Assembly (NCBI GenBank): GCA_038231455.1
Contig: JBBRLI010000005.1
Coordinates: forward strand, 64,001-128,000
Direction: 5' to 3'
Length of the DNA: 64,000 nt
Origin: Vulcanimicrobiales bacterium
Lineage (GTDB): Bacteria > Vulcanimicrobiota > Vulcanimicrobiia > Vulcanimicrobiales > Vulcanimicrobiaceae
Positions 1 through 8,604 of this stretch are shown piece by piece. Made by a program: the position numbers and the translations under genes. The notes below the pieces were generated by a model. The model did not search any database, was not told the DNA's origin, and was given only the letters and a program-made list of their open reading frames with translations. The first letter of the stretch is position 1; the number at the start of each line of letters is the position of its first letter.

Positions 1-832
1 TGGTATTGTTGACCTCGTGAGCCAGACACTCACGTATGCCTCCGCCGGTCATCCACCGCCGCTCCTCATCGAAGCGAACGGACCCGTCCGGGATCTGGAT
101 CATCTCACGTTGCCGATTGGCCTTCGCCAAGGGCATCAGGGACATGCCTCGACGATCCCGCTCCAATCGGGCGACGCGATCTGGCTCTACACCGACGGCC
201 TGATCGAAGCGAAGCACGATATTGTCGAAGGAACGCGATTGCTCGAAGCAACGGCTCGAGATGTGCAAATGCACACCGTTGCGGATCCGGCGGCGATGAT
301 CCGTCGACTCGTCATTCCCGACGGATCACCGGACGATGTCGCGATCTTAGTCGTGAAGATCGACTTTGTCGAATCCGAGCGGTATATCGTTCGCTCGACT
401 TTCAATTCATCCGACGCGGATGCGGCCCGCGAGGCGCGAAGAACGTTTGCAAACGGACTTTCAAGCAAACATTTCTCGCCGGTCGACATCGCCAATGCCG
501 AAGTCGTCTTCGGCGAACTCTGCGGAAACATCGCGCGGTACGCGCCGGGAATCGTCGATGTGATCGTCGACGGCAGCGGCGAGCAAACCGTGTTGCACGT
601 GCTCGATCGCGGCGTCGGATTCCGGCATCTCAGCCGACTTCCGTCCGACCCACTCTCTGAAGAAGGGCGTGGGTTATTCATCATCGCCGCAATGACGACG
701 GAGTTCACCGTCGGACAGCGCGTCGGCGGTGGAAGTCACGCGCGATCCGTCTTAGTCGGACGGTATCCGGTATCGTTACTGCGCGATCTCACGTTGCCGG
801 CGGTAACCGACCAGGTTTCGGAGACATTCTAA
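1..832 (+). CDS. SpoIIE/PP2C-family Ser phosphatase fused to a C-terminal RsbW-like HATPase_c domain (5' truncated by window edge)
   Basis: Frame is open from base 2. PP2C motifs YASAGHPPP, LYTDGLIEA and DDVAILVV, then anti-sigma kinase motifs ELCGNIARYA, DRGVGF and EEGRGLFII. Confidence 0.88.
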   Translation, partial: GIVDLVSQTLTYASAGHPPPLLIEANGPVRDLDHLTLPIGLRQGHQGHASTIPLQSGDAIWLYTDGLIEAKHDIVEGTRLLEATARDVQMHTVADPAAMIRRLVIPDGSPDDVAILVVKIDFVESERYIVRSTFNSSDADAAREARRTFANGLSSKHFSPVDIANAEVVFGELCGNIARYAPGIVDVIVDGSGEQTVLHVLDRGVGFRHLSRLPSDPLSEEGRGLFIIAAMTTEFTVGQRVGGGSHARSVLVGRYPVSLLRDLTLPAVTDQVSETF

Positions 833-848
833 ACGCGCCGATCGAATT

Positions 849-921
849 TGGAGGATAGGAGACTCGAACTCCTGACCCCTTGCATGCCATGCAAGTGCTC
901 TACCAACTGAGCTAATCCCCC
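849..921 (-). tRNA. tRNA-Ala(GGC)
   Basis: Reverse complement GGGGGATTAGCTCAGTTGGTAGAGCACTTGCATGGCATGCAAGGGGTCAGGAGTTCGAGTCTCCTATCCTCCA. Anticodon arm CTTGC-ATGGCAT-GCAAG, GTTCGA T-loop, G3:U70 pair; CCA not encoded. Confidence 0.97.
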
Positions 922-1040
922 GAGGCCGACCGACGACGATTTGTGAGTGCGCGGTATCGGTCCTGCCGCTCGGACAAACTTACGCCCGCGTTTCGCCACG
1001 TAACGCACGCGGCGCCGGTCGAGGCCCGGCCTCGAGTCGG

Positions 1041-1409
1041 TTAAGCCTTGGTCAACAGCAGCGCGTCCATGCGCCGCAGACGGTCGGCCATCGTCTGCAT
1101 GACTTCGATTGCGAAAAACGGTGTGTTCTGAACGAGGTAGAGGAAGCGCTCCGGCGTGATCGGGACGACCTTCGATGGCACGGTCGCTACGGCCGTAGCC
1201 GTGCGCTCTTTGTGCTCGATAAGCGCGAGCTCCCCGAACATCCCCCCGGGACCGATCCGCTCGAGAACCCGGTCACCGAGACGAATCTCGATCTCGCCCT
1301 CGATCACGACGTACATGACATCGCCGGTGTCGCCGATTTCGACGATATGCCGGCCAACCGCAACGTCCTGGATACTCGAATCATGCCGGAACACGTCGAT
1401 TGTCGTCAT
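1041..1409 (-). CDS. Stand-alone cyclic nucleotide-binding domain protein (122 aa)
   Basis: GDTGDVMYVVIEGEIEI...GGMFGELALIEHKERTATAVA is the cNMP-binding signature; no HTH. Start moved to ATG 1409 because the longer ORF overlaps the tRNA. Confidence 0.88.
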   Translation of the reverse strand: MTTIDVFRHDSSIQDVAVGRHIVEIGDTGDVMYVVIEGEIEIRLGDRVLERIGPGGMFGELALIEHKERTATAVATVPSKVVPITPERFLYLVQNTPFFAIEVMQTMADRLRRMDALLLTKA

Positions 1410-1483
1410 CAGTGCTGCTTTAGGAAACAGGGGAGGGGCTCCTTGGAGTGCTTTTTCCCACCTTGTTCCTGCCGATGGCAGCG

Positions 1484-1513
1484 AAAGAAAGGCCCGAGCG
1501 GTGAGCTCGAGCC
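1484..1513 (-). terminator. Intrinsic terminator after tRNA-Ala(TGC)
   Basis: Minus strand GGCTCGAGC-TCACC-GCTCGGGCC followed by TTTCTTT. Confidence 0.7.
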
Positions 1514-1523
1514 AAAAATCTTG

Positions 1524-1596
1524 TGGAGACGTGGAGATTCGAACTCCAGACATCCTGCTTGCAAAGCAGGCGCTCTACCAACTGAGCTACGTCCCC
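1524..1596 (-). tRNA. tRNA-Ala(TGC)
   Basis: Reverse complement GGGGACGTAGCTCAGTTGGTAGAGCGCCTGCTTTGCAAGCAGGATGTCTGGAGTTCGAATCTCCACGTCTCCA. Anticodon arm CCTGC-TTTGCAA-GCAGG; followed by CAA, not CCA. Confidence 0.97.
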
Positions 1597-1639
1597 GCGA
1601 CGCGTCATCTTCCGGATCGAGTGACGCGTACCCTTGCTT

Positions 1640-3769
1640 TCACGGTGAAACCATCTTCACAAACGTCGAAACGAAGCGCGGATCCCACTGCTTGCTCGCG
1701 CCATTTGTGAGGATACCGCACGCTTTGTCGACCGTCATGCCTTTGCGATACGGGCGCGTCGAAACCATCGCATGATACGCGTCGGCGATGCTGATGACGC
1801 GCGTCAAGCGAGGAATGGCCTCACCTTTGAGTTTGAGCGGGTAACCGGTGCCGTCCCACGACTCTTGGTGCGTTTCGACTAGCGTCGAGACGCGTCGCAT
1901 CTGCGGAATGGGGCTGAGGATTCGTGCGCCGTCGCCCGGGTGCTTGCGCATCACGTCGAATTCCGCATCGGTGAGCGGACCGTCTTTCCCGAGAATGCTC
2001 TCGGGGGTGCCGATTTTGCCGACATCGTGCAAGAGCGCGCCGAGGCGCAACTCTTCGAGCTCCGTCTCGCCATAGCCGAGGAGCTTGCCGAGTTTGAGCG
2101 CGTAGTTTGCAACGGCGTGCGAATGGCCGCTGGTGTACTTGTCGCGTACGTCGACGGCCTGTGCGAGAGCCAGAGCCATATCGATATTGCGACCGCCGCT
2201 GCCGGCGACGCGCTCGGCCGCTTTTTCGATTGCGTGCGGGCCGGTGGAAAACTGTTTGGACGTCAGGACTGCGAAAAACGCTTCTTGTGCCAGCCGTTCC
2301 CACTCGCTGTTGAGATTGCGATTGGCGACGTGCAGCCGATTGCGGCCGCCGTATTTGGCGACGTAGAGCGCCTTATCGGCCGTCTCGAGCAAACGATCCG
2401 CTTGCGTGCCGTGCATCGGTGTCTCCGCGATGCCGATCGATATCGTGCAGGCAGGCACGCCGTCGGGTGTATTCTCTGCGATTCGCTCGATGAGCAGACG
2501 CGCGCGTTGTGTCGCTTCTTCGACGCCCGTGCTGGGGAGCACCATAAGGAATTCCTCGCCACCGTAGCGCGCGGCGACCTCGTGCGATTCGACGCTCGCT
2601 TTCAGTTCCGCGGCAACGTAACGCAGCACGCTATCGCCGACGAGGTGTCCGTAGGCGTTGTTGATGTCGCGCATCTTGTCGATATCGATCATCAAGAGCG
2701 AGAGCGGGTTTTTCGACGAGCGCGCCTGCGCGAAGAGCGCCGTATACTGCTCCATCGCGAAGCGGTGATTGTAGATGCCCGTCAGGCCGTCGGTAATTGC
2801 TTCATACCGCAGGCGTTCGTAGCGTTCGGCGGTAGTGACGGCCGAGCCGACCATATTTGCGACGGCTTCGAGGAATTGCGCGTCGTCGGCGGAGAGGGTG
2901 GCGGCTGAGAGCGAGATATCCAGTGCACCGACACCCTCGCCGTTGACGATCATGGGGACCACGACACGCGTTCCCTCGAGATTGTCACGGACGAGAATCT
3001 CGCCCGTTTCGAGGGATTCTGCAATCGTTCGGTCGTTATTCGAACGAATCGAGACGCGGGCACTTCCCGCACCGTAGACACCGGCGAGCTGCATCGATAC
3101 GGAATCGATGATCGCATCGGCGCCCCGATGATCGGCGAGGGTCTTTGCAAGATTGCTCAGCATGTTGAGTTGCGCGCCGCGGACTTCGAGCGTCGGATCG
3201 CCTTCGGTGATGTGCAGGCCGCGTTTGGTGCCGCTGATTCCCGCACCGATGACGCGCGAAATTTTCTGCAGCGCCGTTTGCGCTTTTGCATCCCACATGC
3301 GCGCAGATGCATACACGTCGATAACGAGCAGGCCCGCGGGTTTGCGTTCGCTCGCGATCGGGACGATCAAGCTCGAGCGGACGTTCGAGAAGCGAAGCGC
3401 ACGCCGTTGACTCGGTGCGATCGGATAGCGGTCGTAATCTTCGATCGCGACTTGCATCCCGGTCTCGAGCGCATTCACCATAAACGCTGGCAACTGGGCG
3501 ATCGGGTGGATCGAACCTAGTAGCGACGGCGTCGCGCCGGTCGTTTCGTGCGTGACGACAAGCCGTTTTTCCGCAGGGTTGAAGCGGTAGACGACCGCTC
3601 GATCGATCCCAAGCAACACCGGTAGACGTCCGACGATTCGCTGCAGCCCGGCTCCCACATCGCGACGTGAGGCTAAGCGTTTGAATTCGTCGACTAATCC
3701 ATCGACGGGATCCAAAGCGGTCGGGGGTGCGACAGACAACGTGACTCCAAGCAAGCAAGTGGCGTACAA
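1640..3769 (-). CDS. GAF-GAF-GGDEF-HD-GYP c-di-GMP cyclase/phosphodiesterase
   Basis: N-terminal GAF-like segments; DGLTGIYNHR, MIDID and ARYGGEEF; YTSGHS, LHDVGKIG, HQESWDGTGYP, IADAYHAM..RPYR. True start may be a few codons downstream. Confidence 0.92.
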   Translation of the reverse strand: MYATCLLGVTLSVAPPTALDPVDGLVDEFKRLASRRDVGAGLQRIVGRLPVLLGIDRAVVYRFNPAEKRLVVTHETTGATPSLLGSIHPIAQLPAFMVNALETGMQVAIEDYDRYPIAPSQRRALRFSNVRSSLIVPIASERKPAGLLVIDVYASARMWDAKAQTALQKISRVIGAGISGTKRGLHITEGDPTLEVRGAQLNMLSNLAKTLADHRGADAIIDSVSMQLAGVYGAGSARVSIRSNNDRTIAESLETGEILVRDNLEGTRVVVPMIVNGEGVGALDISLSAATLSADDAQFLEAVANMVGSAVTTAERYERLRYEAITDGLTGIYNHRFAMEQYTALFAQARSSKNPLSLLMIDIDKMRDINNAYGHLVGDSVLRYVAAELKASVESHEVAARYGGEEFLMVLPSTGVEEATQRARLLIERIAENTPDGVPACTISIGIAETPMHGTQADRLLETADKALYVAKYGGRNRLHVANRNLNSEWERLAQEAFFAVLTSKQFSTGPHAIEKAAERVAGSGGRNIDMALALAQAVDVRDKYTSGHSHAVANYALKLGKLLGYGETELEELRLGALLHDVGKIGTPESILGKDGPLTDAEFDVMRKHPGDGARILSPIPQMRRVSTLVETHQESWDGTGYPLKLKGEAIPRLTRVISIADAYHAMVSTRPYRKGMTVDKACGILTNGASKQWDPRFVSTFVKMVSP

Positions 3770-3834
3770 TAGTAGGGTTCGGCAGAACGCCGTCGGATTC
3801 TGAGAGACCGCAATACTATGTAACCGGAGTGTAA

Positions 3835-5916
3835 TTGACCACGACGATCCCGACCTCAGGCGAATACCCGCAGGCCGACCGACTCGATCAGGTAGACGAC
3901 TATCACGGGACGCGCGTCGCCGACCCGTACCGCTGGCTCGAAGACGTCGATGCGCCGCAAACCGCGGCTTGGGTCGAGGCGCAGAACGCGCTAACGGCGC
4001 GCATCCTGGCGCGCTCGGATCGGCGCGCAGATATTCATGCGCGCCTCACCACCCTCTGGGACTATGAAAAGTTCGGCATTCCTCAGGCCGTCGGCGATCG
4101 ATTCTTTTACACGAAAAATGCCGGTTTGCAAAATCAGGCCGTCCTCTACACCGCGCGTTCGCTCGGTGCGACATCGCGCGTATTGATCGATCCGAACACC
4201 CTCTCAAGTGACGGTACCGTCGCGCTCTCCGGACTCTCGCTCAGTGATGACGGAAGATACGTCGCTTATGCCATCTCGGCTTCGGGGTCGGATTGGCAAA
4301 CATGGCGCGTGCGTGAAGTCGCCTCAGGTCGCGACTTGCCCGATACGATCGCGTGGAGCAAGTTCTCGGGCGCGGCGTGGCTGCTCGATGGCAGCGGCTT
4401 TTTTTATAGTCGGTTCGATGCGCCCGCCGGTGAAACGCAGTTCAAGGACGCAAACTACGATCACAAGTTGTACTTCCACGCTCTGGGCACGGCGCAGATC
4501 GACGATTTGCTCGTGTACGAGCGCCCCGACCATAAAGATTGGACGCTCGGCGCCGAGGTTACCGAGGACGGTCGGTATCTCCTTATTTCCGCCACCAAGG
4601 GAACCGAATCGCGCAATCGCGTGTTCGTGCGCGATCTGCAGTCGAACGACTCGGCCGTGCGCGGCCTCTTTACCGCGGGCGAGGCGCAATACCAGTTCGT
4701 CGGCAACGTCGGGACAACGATGTACTTCCAAACGACGAGTGATGCGCCGCTCGGCCAACTCGTCACCGTCGACGTCGATGCACCGCAACACCACCGGGTC
4801 GTACTTCCGCCATCCGCCGACACACTCGAGAGCGTGCAACTCGTCGGCGGTCGGCTGATCGCAACGTACTTGCACGATGCGCACTCCGTCGTACAGGTGT
4901 ACGACTTGAACGGGAAGCTTGCCTACGAGGTGGGATTGCCGGGTCTCGGCACGGCATCGGGATTCGCCGGACGCAAGCACGATACCACCGTGTATTTCGC
5001 GTTTACGTCCTACGTCGCACCGGCCGCGATCTACGCGCTCGATCTCGAATCGGCAACCACGACGCCGGTGTTTGCGCCGAGAGTCAATTTCGATCCAGCG
5101 GCGTTCACAAGCGAACAGGTTTTCTATACGAGTAAAGATGGGACGCGCGTGCCGATGATCGTCTCATCGAAAGTCGGCGTGCCGCGCGATGGCACGGCTC
5201 CGACGATTCTTTACGGGTACGGGGGCTTCGATATCTCGCTTACCCCGGCGTTCTCGCCGGCGATCTTGGTGTGGCTGGAACTCGGCGGTGTGTATGCCGT
5301 TGCCAATATTCGCGGCGGTGCGGAATACGGAGAGGCATGGCATCTCGCCGGGACGTTCGAGAAGAAGCAGAACGTCTTCGACGACTTCATCGCCGGTGCC
5401 GAGTATTTAATTTCGGAGCGCTACACCTCGACTGCGAAACTTGCGATTGCGGGTGGGAGCAATGGTGGGCTGCTCGTCGGCGCTTGCATGACGCAGCGGC
5501 CCGAACTCTTCGCGGCGGCTCTCCCGGCGGTCGGTGTGATGGACATGCTGCGCTTCCAGCATTTTACGATTGGTTGGGCGTGGACCGCGGAATACGGTTC
5601 GGCCGATAATTCGCAGCAGTTTCCCGCGATTTACGCATATTCGCCCTTACACAACCTGCGCGAGGGGACGCACTATCCGGCAACGCTCGTCACGACGGCC
5701 GATCACGACGACCGGGTGTACCCCGCGCACAGCTTCAAGTTCGCGGCGGCGTTGCAGCACGCGCAAGGCGGACCGGCACCGGTGCTCATTCGCATCGAGC
5801 AGAAAGCCGGGCACGGAGCGGGTAAACCGACCACCAAAGTGATCGACGAAGTCGCCGACCGATACACTTTCCTTACGCAAGTGCTCAACATCGCGAAGGC
5901 GGCGAAGGAATCGTAG
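3835..5916 (+). CDS. Prolyl oligopeptidase (S9A)
   Basis: ADPYRWLED N-terminus, beta-propeller region, catalytic GGSNGG, DHDDRV and GHGAGKP. Confidence 0.96.
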   Translation: MTTTIPTSGEYPQADRLDQVDDYHGTRVADPYRWLEDVDAPQTAAWVEAQNALTARILARSDRRADIHARLTTLWDYEKFGIPQAVGDRFFYTKNAGLQNQAVLYTARSLGATSRVLIDPNTLSSDGTVALSGLSLSDDGRYVAYAISASGSDWQTWRVREVASGRDLPDTIAWSKFSGAAWLLDGSGFFYSRFDAPAGETQFKDANYDHKLYFHALGTAQIDDLLVYERPDHKDWTLGAEVTEDGRYLLISATKGTESRNRVFVRDLQSNDSAVRGLFTAGEAQYQFVGNVGTTMYFQTTSDAPLGQLVTVDVDAPQHHRVVLPPSADTLESVQLVGGRLIATYLHDAHSVVQVYDLNGKLAYEVGLPGLGTASGFAGRKHDTTVYFAFTSYVAPAAIYALDLESATTTPVFAPRVNFDPAAFTSEQVFYTSKDGTRVPMIVSSKVGVPRDGTAPTILYGYGGFDISLTPAFSPAILVWLELGGVYAVANIRGGAEYGEAWHLAGTFEKKQNVFDDFIAGAEYLISERYTSTAKLAIAGGSNGGLLVGACMTQRPELFAAALPAVGVMDMLRFQHFTIGWAWTAEYGSADNSQQFPAIYAYSPLHNLREGTHYPATLVTTADHDDRVYPAHSFKFAAALQHAQGGPAPVLIRIEQKAGHGAGKPTTKVIDEVADRYTFLTQVLNIAKAAKES

Positions 5917-5938
5917 GGACGTAACAAAATGTGCGGTC

Positions 5939-7321
5939 ATGGTCGCACGTTTTTGTCTTGTCGTCGCGTTGGTTTTTTCGTTGGTCGGTGCGGATGCAAA
6001 TGCCGCGGGCCTGGGAGCACTCTCGACACCGCTGGCCGATCCGTTTCCCAGTACCTATGCACCCGCTCAAGCGCGAACGACGCTCATCCGTAATGCAACG
6101 ATTCTCACCGCCGCCGGCCCGACGATTCGGGCCGGCTCGATCCTCTTGCAGAACGGCAAGATCGTCGCGGTCGGTGCGAACGTTGCCGCTCCGCCCGACG
6201 CCCTGATCATCGATGGCACGGGGAAGTACGTGACACCCGGTATCGTCGACATCCACTCGCACCTTGGCGTGTACGCAGCACCCGGCACATCGGCGCTCGA
6301 TGACGGCAATGAGGCAACCAACCCGGTCACCGCAAACGTGTGGGCCGAACATTCGGTGTGGCCGCAAGACCCACAATTTCCGCGCATCCTCGCCGGCGGT
6401 GTCACGACGATTCAGGTGCTACCGGGTTCTGCCAATCTGATCGGCGGCCGCAGCGCGATTCTCAAAGTCGTTCCGTCGCGAACGGTTCAGGGCATGAAAT
6501 TTCCTGGCGCCAAATACGGCCTAAAAATGGCGTGCGGCGAGAATCCCAAGCGCGTGTACGCGCAGCGCGGACCCTCGACACGGATGGGCAATGTCGCTGG
6601 GTATCGCACGGCGTGGATTGCAGCGGAGGCCTATCGCCGCAAGTGGGATGCTTGGAATACGACCAAAACCGGCGAGCCGCCGGCGCGCGACCTCGGACTC
6701 GAAACGCTCGCGGAAGTCTTGCGCGGCAATATCCTGGTTCACAATCACTGCTACCGTGCGGATGAGATGGCGCAGATGCTCGACATCGCAAAAGAATTTG
6801 GTTACCAGATACGCGCGTTTCACCACGGCGTCGAAGCCTACAAAATCGGCGACATGCTTGCCGCAGCCGGAACGGGCGCCGCGGTGTGGGCGGATTGGGG
6901 CATGTTCAAACTCGAGGCGATGGATTCGATTCGTGCAAACATGGCGCTCGTCGACGCGGCGGGCGCAAAGGCCATGATTCACTCCGACGATCCCAACGGC
7001 GCGCAGCACCTCAGTCAAGAAGTTGCCAAGGCGATGGCTGCCGGTAATGCGCTTGGCATGAACATCTCCGAAGAGAAAGCCGTGCGCTGGATGACGATCA
7101 ACCCGGCCTGGGCGCTCGGACTCGACGACAAGATCGGTTCGCTCGAAGCCGGCAAGAACGCGGATGTCGCGCTCTGGAGCGGCGATCCGTTCTCGGTCTA
7201 TACCAAAGCGGAGAAAGTATGGATCGACGGTGCGCTGCTCTTCGATCGGAGCGATCCCGCCCAAAATTGGAAGACCGATTTCGAACTGGGCTTCGTGCGC
7301 CCGCAAGGAGCTGGTAAATAG
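5939..7321 (+). CDS. Exported metal-dependent amidohydrolase
   Basis: Signal peptide (…GADANA), PGIVDIHSH metal motif, KMACGENPK, HNHCYR, FHHG, HSDD, IGSLEAGKNAD. Confidence 0.9.
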   Translation: MVARFCLVVALVFSLVGADANAAGLGALSTPLADPFPSTYAPAQARTTLIRNATILTAAGPTIRAGSILLQNGKIVAVGANVAAPPDALIIDGTGKYVTPGIVDIHSHLGVYAAPGTSALDDGNEATNPVTANVWAEHSVWPQDPQFPRILAGGVTTIQVLPGSANLIGGRSAILKVVPSRTVQGMKFPGAKYGLKMACGENPKRVYAQRGPSTRMGNVAGYRTAWIAAEAYRRKWDAWNTTKTGEPPARDLGLETLAEVLRGNILVHNHCYRADEMAQMLDIAKEFGYQIRAFHHGVEAYKIGDMLAAAGTGAAVWADWGMFKLEAMDSIRANMALVDAAGAKAMIHSDDPNGAQHLSQEVAKAMAAGNALGMNISEEKAVRWMTINPAWALGLDDKIGSLEAGKNADVALWSGDPFSVYTKAEKVWIDGALLFDRSDPAQNWKTDFELGFVRPQGAGK

Positions 7322-8595
7322 TGCGCGTTCTTGCTTCACTTACCGCACTGATCGCGCTCGCACTACCCGTTGCCGCGAATGCTGCGACGATCGCCATCGT
7401 CGGCGGGACCGTGTATCCGGTCAGCTCCGCCCCGATCAAAAACGGTACGGTGATCATCACCGACGGAAAGATCACCGCGGTTGGCGCGAATCTCGCCGTT
7501 CCCGCGGGTGCGCAGCGCATCGATGCGACCGGCAAAATCGTTACGCCCGGATTAATCGACGCCTACACGCAAGTCGGCCTCGTCGAAATTGAGGCGCAGC
7601 GCGAGACGCGCGAGACCTCATCGAGCAATCGGATCGCACCATCGTTTATCCCGTGGGACGGTTTCAATACGGAATCCGTCATCATTCCGCCGACGCGCGA
7701 TGACGGCGTGACGAACGTCGTGATCGCACCCTCCGGTGGATTGATCGCCGGTCAGGCTGCGATGCTCACCTTGCGTCCCGGCAACCCGCGCTCTTTACTC
7801 GAAGGCCGTCTGGCCGGAATCGTCGTTCAATTCGATAACCCGCAAGCAGCGGGCGCGAGCTCACGCGGCGAGTTGATCGGCAAGCTGCATGCGCTCCTCG
7901 ACGATGTTCGTCTGTATGCAGCCAATCGCGCGAAGTACGACGGTACGACGCTTCGGACGCTCGGCGCAGCGAAGGCGGATCTCGATGCGCTCGTCCCCGT
8001 CGTGCAGGGGCGCGAGCCGCTCTTAGTCGATGCCGAATCGGTCGACCAGATCGAATCGGCACTCCAGTTCGCGCGCGACGAGCGCGTGAAGATCATCCTG
8101 GTCGGCGGAGCGGAGGCGTGGCTCGTTGCAGGCGACCTCGCGCGCGCTCACGTCCCCGTCCTCTCCGGGGCGATGAACAATATTCCGAATAGTTTCTCGA
8201 CGCTCAACTCGCGTCAGGAAACGCCGGCGCTCTTACGTCGTGCCGGGGTGACCGTCGTGCTCGTGAGCAGCGATCCCGGCGGCGATTCGCATAACTTCAA
8301 CGCCCGCAACATCAAATACGAAGCAGGCAACGCGGTCGCCTACGGCATGTCCCACGACGATGCGCTGCGCGCGATTACGTTGACACCCGCCGAAGTCTTC
8401 GGCGTTGCCGACCGGCTCGGTTCGCTTTCGCCCGGCCGCAATGCAAACGTTGTGGTGTGGAGCGGCGACCCGTTTGAATTTACGACACGTGTCGAACACG
8501 TTTTCGTCGACGGACGTGAATTGCACGAGCGCACGCGCCAAGATTTGTTGACGGAGCGATATCGCACGCTTCCACCCGCGAAAAAAGCCCCCTAA
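7321..8595 (+). CDS. Exported amidohydrolase-fold protein lacking the HxH metal motif (probable partner subunit)
   Basis: Signal peptide; PGLIDAYTQ replaces DxHxH; LGSLSPGRNANVVVWSGDPF. Start overlaps the stop of the upstream amidohydrolase. Confidence 0.85.
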   Translation: MRVLASLTALIALALPVAANAATIAIVGGTVYPVSSAPIKNGTVIITDGKITAVGANLAVPAGAQRIDATGKIVTPGLIDAYTQVGLVEIEAQRETRETSSSNRIAPSFIPWDGFNTESVIIPPTRDDGVTNVVIAPSGGLIAGQAAMLTLRPGNPRSLLEGRLAGIVVQFDNPQAAGASSRGELIGKLHALLDDVRLYAANRAKYDGTTLRTLGAAKADLDALVPVVQGREPLLVDAESVDQIESALQFARDERVKIILVGGAEAWLVAGDLARAHVPVLSGAMNNIPNSFSTLNSRQETPALLRRAGVTVVLVSSDPGGDSHNFNARNIKYEAGNAVAYGMSHDDALRAITLTPAEVFGVADRLGSLSPGRNANVVVWSGDPFEFTTRVEHVFVDGRELHERTRQDLLTERYRTLPPAKKAP

Positions 8596-8604
8596 GGTAA
8601 GGCC

